Origin: an uncultured bacterium
GTDB lineage: Bacteria; Patescibacteriota; Saccharimonadia; Saccharimonadales; 2-12-FULL-41-12
Assembly (NCBI GenBank): GCA_963834265.1
Contig: CAWIAU010000001.1
Span: 71,572 to 135,571, forward strand
Length of the DNA stretch: 64,000 nucleotides
Direction of reading: 5' to 3'
In this document: piece by piece, positions 60,173 to 64,000 of the stretch
Layout: each line of letters begins with the position of its first letter
Position numbering within the stretch: position 1 is the stretch's first letter
Notes under the pieces: model-generated
Database searches by the model: none
Told to the model about the DNA's origin: nothing
What the model saw: only the letters and a program-made list of their open reading frames with translations
Position numbers and translations under genes: made by a program

Positions 60173-61414
60173 CTACTTATCCCCTCTGGCCTGGGCATAG
60201 ACTATGGCCAGCAGGCAGCCGACCAGCATGATATTGGCAAGTGCGCGGAAGCTTTGCCAGGCTCTGTAGCCGGCATCATCCGGAGCGGTATCAATCGGTA
60301 TATCTTCCAGCAGGGGGCGCACAAAAGTAGTGAATATCGCATCGGTGAAGTTCGCCCCCAGATCGATAATGGGACAAATAATCCAGGTTAGCGGATTATT
60401 GGTTACATCGCAGTCCGGGTTGCTGCCCGGAGGAGCCGTGGAGGAATCAGGACCTGCGCCCGGATCACCCGCAGCCTCAACTTCAGCGGTCCAGCTATTT
60501 TTATCCGCGTCGCTTAATTTTGCATAGTTTGAGGTCAGTCTGCCATCTTTATTGCTGGGCAGGCATTTTGTAATCAACGGATTAAGAGCATCCCTGACCT
60601 TATCCCGGTTGATACTTCCATCTATAAGACCGGGCCAATATTTATCAAGTGCTATCATCTGCCCCGTACTTGGGTCGAAATTGCCGGGAGTATCTATCCC
60701 GCCTACTCCGGTCTCTTTAATCTGATGTTCAAAGTTAATTGCTTCGGTGTTATCTCCATAAACCTTTTTGCCATGGCCGTTTTTGATCACTGTATCGTGG
60801 TTTGAGCCGCCGACAGGGTCTTCTGATGAACCGATAGGTGGATTGTATGCTGGTAAGTGCAGGTAGTGTTCACCATTATCAGCGGGACCTGCCCAGGTTT
60901 GATAGTCATTCTGATTAAATAGTGTGCCGCCAGTTCCTCCGGGGTATATACCGACAGCCATCTTGTACCGGACGTAGAGTTCATCAGAGGACGGAGGAGT
61001 GGTAGTGACCTTAGTTTCTTTGAGTGTGCAGTAGACGTCTTTTGTGTAGATAAGCATGTCATAATCATTCGAAAGACCACGGTTGAAGTTAAATTTAATG
61101 CCATTAAACTTATTTCCTTTGGCCAGAATATCGGATTTTTCCAGTCCCCCTCCCCCGTTGCCAATACCGGTACTGGTGATCTCGTTCTGCATCTTTTGTT
61201 TAGTGGCATCATCTGCAGGATAGCGGAGTGTGTATTCATGACTATCTGCGGCATACGTAACCATTACTCTAATATTTGACAAGAGACATGTTAAGAAAAA
61301 AGTGGCTGCGATAAATACCAATAAAATGCGGCTAAACGTATTGATTTCAGTATTTTTTATTTTGCTCATCAGAGAGTATGTTCTGTTAAAACCTTCCCGC
61401 TTATGATAAAACAC
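60173..61414 (-). CDS. Hypothetical extracytoplasmic protein with N- and C-terminal membrane anchors (T4SS-associated)
   Basis: 413 aa with N-terminal TM (ILLVFIAATFFLTCLL) and a C-terminal TM plus basic tail (IMLVGCLLAIVYAQARGDK). The start is GTG at 61414; an alternative ATG lies at 61369. Confidence 0.45.
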   Translation of the reverse strand: MFYHKREGFNRTYSLMSKIKNTEINTFSRILLVFIAATFFLTCLLSNIRVMVTYAADSHEYTLRYPADDATKQKMQNEITSTGIGNGGGGLEKSDILAKGNKFNGIKFNFNRGLSNDYDMLIYTKDVYCTLKETKVTTTPPSSDELYVRYKMAVGIYPGGTGGTLFNQNDYQTWAGPADNGEHYLHLPAYNPPIGSSEDPVGGSNHDTVIKNGHGKKVYGDNTEAINFEHQIKETGVGGIDTPGNFDPSTGQMIALDKYWPGLIDGSINRDKVRDALNPLITKCLPSNKDGRLTSNYAKLSDADKNSWTAEVEAAGDPGAGPDSSTAPPGSNPDCDVTNNPLTWIICPIIDLGANFTDAIFTTFVRPLLEDIPIDTAPDDAGYRAWQSFRALANIMLVGCLLAIVYAQARGDK

Positions 61415-61431
61415 ATCTTTGTATAAGTCTA

Positions 61432-61460
61432 TTGCAAATTAGCCGGCTTCGGCGCATACT
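61432..61460 (+). promoter_or_regulatory. Candidate promoter of the pilin-like gene array (-35 TTGCAA, 17 bp, -10 CATACT)
   Basis: ttgcaa at 61432-61437 and catact at 61455-61460, in the divergent spacer between 61414 and 61493. Confidence 0.4.
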
Positions 61461-61492
61461 ATGAATGAAAATTAAGTCCAAAATAAATAATT

Positions 61493-62293
61493 ATGCTAGT
61501 TGCACCAACAAAAAAACATCAATTGGCCGCCTTGTCTGTGCTTTTGGCTCTGGTAATAGCTATCATTACTCTTTCCCTGTTAGTGTGGGCCCGGCCTGCG
61601 TATGCCGCAGTCAAAAACGATGCACAGGTGGCAGCAGCAGCTCAAGCCTACTGTGGTGACGATACGCCAGCGAATCAGGCAGCATGCCAGGAAGGCTTCA
61701 AAAAAGGTTATGGGAGAAATACGGATGCGACGAAAGCCCAGGCTTGCAACGGTTTCTCCACGACAGTAAGCACTGTCGGCACGAACAGGCAATCCCCGAG
61801 GCAGGCCTGTGAGAGAGGTTACGTTAAGGGCGAATCTGCACGGGAAGATGATGTTGATCCTCCCATTGCCAATCCTCCCGCCGGCTCTTCGGGCGGCGGG
61901 AGTACTACACCGAGAGGCGACGTTGACACGAGCGAATTGAATCTTGGCAAAAATAACAAGAGTGCCGGGGGCGACACCTGCGGCAATAACGGAGGAACCC
62001 AGGTCAAAACGAAGTTTAACTTTGGCTGTCTGGGCAATGCCTATCCTGGCGATAAGCTTGGCCCGATCGAGGATTTCATGTATTCAATTATCCGCTTCCT
62101 GTCTGCCGGTGTAGGCATCGTCGTAATTATATCTATCATTCTGGCGGGCATCAAATACAGCTCTTCCGAGGGCAACGCAGAGGCAACACAGGCCGCCAAG
62201 AATAGGGTTAAAGAAACGTTGATCGGATTATTCGTCTATATTTTTGCTTTTGCGCTTATTCAGTATCTGGTACCGGGAGGCGTGTTCAACTAA
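61493..62293 (+). CDS. VirB2/TrbC-like pilin paralog 1 (long Cys-rich N-domain)
   Basis: Signal peptide ending AYA. Two C(x8-12)AC(Q/E)xG(F/Y) modules. The C-terminal helix-loop-helix is IVVIISIILAGIKYSSSEGNAEATQAAKNRVKETLIGLFVYIFAFALI. Confidence 0.55.
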   Translation: MLVAPTKKHQLAALSVLLALVIAIITLSLLVWARPAYAAVKNDAQVAAAAQAYCGDDTPANQAACQEGFKKGYGRNTDATKAQACNGFSTTVSTVGTNRQSPRQACERGYVKGESAREDDVDPPIANPPAGSSGGGSTTPRGDVDTSELNLGKNNKSAGGDTCGNNGGTQVKTKFNFGCLGNAYPGDKLGPIEDFMYSIIRFLSAGVGIVVIISIILAGIKYSSSEGNAEATQAAKNRVKETLIGLFVYIFAFALIQYLVPGGVFN

Positions 62294-62301
62294 GGCAGCC
62301 T

Positions 62302-62979
62302 ATGAAAATTACATATTTCAGGAAACCACTGCTCATTATTCTCAGCCTGCTGGCTTTTACTGCAATAAGTCTTTCCTTGTTTGTGTGGCAGCCCTCAACC
62401 GGTTATGCGCTGACCGACGCAGAATTCGAGCAAAAAGCCCGGGATTCTTGTGGTACGGATCCGGTTCCCAGCGGTGATTCGGCTTGCCGCCACGGCTTCA
62501 GGTGGGCTGCTGACGCCCGGGCCGACCTGGCAACGACATGTACTAACAGGGATGACTACAGTCCCACTCAAAGAGCAAGATGCACAACGGGCTTTGGACA
62601 AGGAGAAAGCCTGAGGGCGTCGATCAGTGCCGGGAGCTCCGCTGCCCGCACAGACTGCAATCCCTCCAATTTCCTGAGTTTCCCGACCTGGTACAAATAT
62701 CTCAAGCTCAATGCGCCGCCCGAATGTAATCCGGTCATTACAGGACTGAATGATTTCTGGCTGATCGGATTGGCCGTTATCGAGATCCTGCTGCGCATAG
62801 CCATACTGGTTGCTGTCGTGTATGTATTGATCGGTGGCATCAAATACATTACGTCACGGGGCAACAGCGAAAAAGTTGACCAGGGCAGGACCACAGTTAT
62901 TGATGCGTTGATCGGTCTGGTTATTGCTATAATCGCTACGGCCAGCATAAGCTATATCGCAGGAAGGTTTTCTGCATAA
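62302..62979 (+). CDS. VirB2/TrbC-like pilin paralog 2
   Basis: Signal/TM. Modules SCGTDPVPSGDSACRHGF and TCTNRDDYSPTQRARCTTGF. C-terminus LVAVVYVLIGGIKYITSRGNSEKVDQGRTTVIDALIGLVIAIIATASI. Confidence 0.55.
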   Translation: MKITYFRKPLLIILSLLAFTAISLSLFVWQPSTGYALTDAEFEQKARDSCGTDPVPSGDSACRHGFRWAADARADLATTCTNRDDYSPTQRARCTTGFGQGESLRASISAGSSAARTDCNPSNFLSFPTWYKYLKLNAPPECNPVITGLNDFWLIGLAVIEILLRIAILVAVVYVLIGGIKYITSRGNSEKVDQGRTTVIDALIGLVIAIIATASISYIAGRFSA

Positions 62980-63290
62980 TGATTTCAAGATTATTAGCAC
63001 AGGTCAATAACTGCTCGCAAGGCGTAGGCAATGCTAATGAATGTCTTGTTACTCTTCCGGAGGTAGACGCAGGTAAAGGCCAGCTGCAATTAGTGCTGGG
63101 TATTGTCTTCGGCATTGCGGGGGCATTGGCGATTATCATTATAATATTGGCAGCTATAAATATGGCTACTGCCACCGGAGATGCCGAAAAAGTTTCCAGA
63201 GCTAAAAAATCGATTATTTATGCATTGATTGGTCTGATTATTGCGGTCAGTGCCGAAATAATTGTCTTAACCTTACTGGGACGGCTTTAA
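62979..63290 (+). CDS. VirB2/TrbC-like pilin paralog 3 (short form)
   Basis: 103 aa. A Cys pair (NNCSQGVGNANEC), then ALAIIIIILAAINMATATGDAEKVSRAKKSIIYALIGLIIAVSAEI. Confidence 0.55.
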   Translation: MISRLLAQVNNCSQGVGNANECLVTLPEVDAGKGQLQLVLGIVFGIAGALAIIIIILAAINMATATGDAEKVSRAKKSIIYALIGLIIAVSAEIIVLTLLGRL

Positions 63291-63292
63291 TT

Positions 63293-63706
63293 ATGGGCGT
63301 CAAAAGTTTATTGTTCTCACTATTCTTCGCTTTTGGATTGGTGGCTGTGCCTGCCACAGGCAACCAGGTATATGCTGAGTCGGTTGATCCGCTCAAAAAA
63401 ATTTGCGAAGAAACCCGTAATGATGCTAATAAATCACCGGTCTGCAATGAGAGAAAACTTGGCGGCAAGAATCCTCTCTTCGGTCCGGACGGCATACTTA
63501 CCAAAGTTATCAATATCCTGTCTATTGTAGTCGGGATTGCTGCCGTAATCGGTATTATGGAAGCGGGGCTGAAATTTATCAGATCGGGTGACAATCCGCA
63601 GGAAGCCGGAAGCGCGCGCACCAGGGTTCTGCTCAGCGTATTTGCACTCATAATAGCCGCCGCCGCTCAGCTGATGGTGCGATTTATACTATATAAAATA
63701 ACCTGA
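63293..63706 (+). CDS. VirB2/TrbC-like pilin paralog 4
   Basis: Signal peptide. A Cys pair (KKICEETRNDANKSPVC), then IVVGIAAVIGIMEAGLKFIRSGDNPQEAGSARTRVLLSVFALIIAAAAQL. Confidence 0.5.
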   Translation: MGVKSLLFSLFFAFGLVAVPATGNQVYAESVDPLKKICEETRNDANKSPVCNERKLGGKNPLFGPDGILTKVINILSIVVGIAAVIGIMEAGLKFIRSGDNPQEAGSARTRVLLSVFALIIAAAAQLMVRFILYKIT

Positions 63707-63735
63707 ACCGGAGATATCATGAAAAGAGAATACAA

Positions 63736-64000
63736 ATGAATATAGCTACAAAAGTCAGCCTGATACTTGCCACACTGGGGCTGTCATTTGTTTTTCTCCA
63801 GGCACCGGCAGCTATATTTGCCCAGGCTCCCGCTCCGCCACCGGCTGACACTTCTCTTTTCAAAGAATCCAAAGAAGAAGCCTGCAAAGGAGCGCAGATC
63901 TCAGGGACTGCTACTACGGATGCCTGTACCGCACCTGCACAGGCCAGTTTCAACAAACTTCTCAAGACAATAATAAACATCTTTTCTATTGTAATTGGCA
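63736..64000 (+). CDS. VirB2/TrbC-like pilin paralog 5 (5' part; runs off window)
   Basis: Not in the ORF track. The ATG at 63736 reads MNIATKVSLILATLGLSFVFLQAPAAIFAQAPAPPPADTSLFKESKEEACKGAQISGTATTDACTAPAQASFNKLLKTIINIFSIVIG.., showing a signal peptide, a Cys pair and the start of the hydrophobic helix, as in paralogs 1-4. Confidence 0.45.
   Translation, partial: MNIATKVSLILATLGLSFVFLQAPAAIFAQAPAPPPADTSLFKESKEEACKGAQISGTATTDACTAPAQASFNKLLKTIINIFSIVIG

Noticed and set aside
1-64000. Alternative genetic code (UGA recoded, as in some CPR lineages)
   Set aside because: TGA terminates many well-delimited conserved genes at their expected lengths (rfbC, rfbD, the GT4 at 30645, the GtrA-like gene, the HldC-like gene). 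No conserved gene needs read-through of TGA. The standard bacterial code fits.

Overview
The window is a 64-kb chromosomal segment spanning a replication origin: rpmH-rnpA-yidC-jag on the minus strand, an oriC-like spacer with DnaA boxes, then dnaA-dnaN-recF on the plus strand. I found no rRNA, tRNA or CRISPR array. All product calls come from motif recognition by eye; no BLAST or HMM searches were run. Coordinates of hand-called features were counted directly from the sequence.

Left arm (0.4-30.6 kb): a cell-envelope glycan locus.
- GtrA-like protein, initiating polyprenyl-phosphate sugar transferase, and GT2/GT4 glycosyltransferases.
- dTDP-rhamnose genes rfbBCDA.
- A PMM-like HAD hydrolase and an HldC-like nucleotidyltransferase.
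- DegT aminotransferase, hexapeptide acetyltransferase and a SAM methyltransferase.
- Wzm/Wzt-type ABC exporter and a Wzy/O-antigen-ligase-like protein.
- A cluster of secreted wall-active proteins, including an M23 peptidase fused to FG-GAP repeats.

30.8-36.2 kb: secreted and membrane proteins, including a 968-aa SGNH hydrolase.

Right arm (43.3-64 kb): a type IV secretion-like locus.
- PrgI/VirB3-like protein, VirB4 ATPase and a TrbL/VirB6-like protein.
- Five tandem VirB2/TrbC-like pilin paralogs.
- Two giant peptidoglycan hydrolases.
- The locus is split by a terminal riboflavin module (riboflavin kinase, ribE, ribH).

Gene content and style fit a reduced-genome, monoderm-type bacterium such as a CPR/Patescibacteria (Saccharibacteria-like) lineage. 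That placement is inference only.

Most interesting observations:
1. A family of inverted-repeat-bounded units (termini ATCCCGTTAGAG / CTCTAACGGGAT) sits exactly in ATGA/ATGG gene junctions of the glycan operons. One unit carries a 93-aa GIY-YIG nuclease ORF whose start and stop codons are assembled at the insertion junctions.
2. The origin-proximal T4SS-like locus shows no coupling protein or relaxase in the window.
3. A Phd/RelE toxin-antitoxin cassette is inserted in the recF 3' end. It leaves a divergent recF 3' remnant whose differences are mostly synonymous.
4. Several canonical promoters are spaced so that their transcripts would be leaderless.
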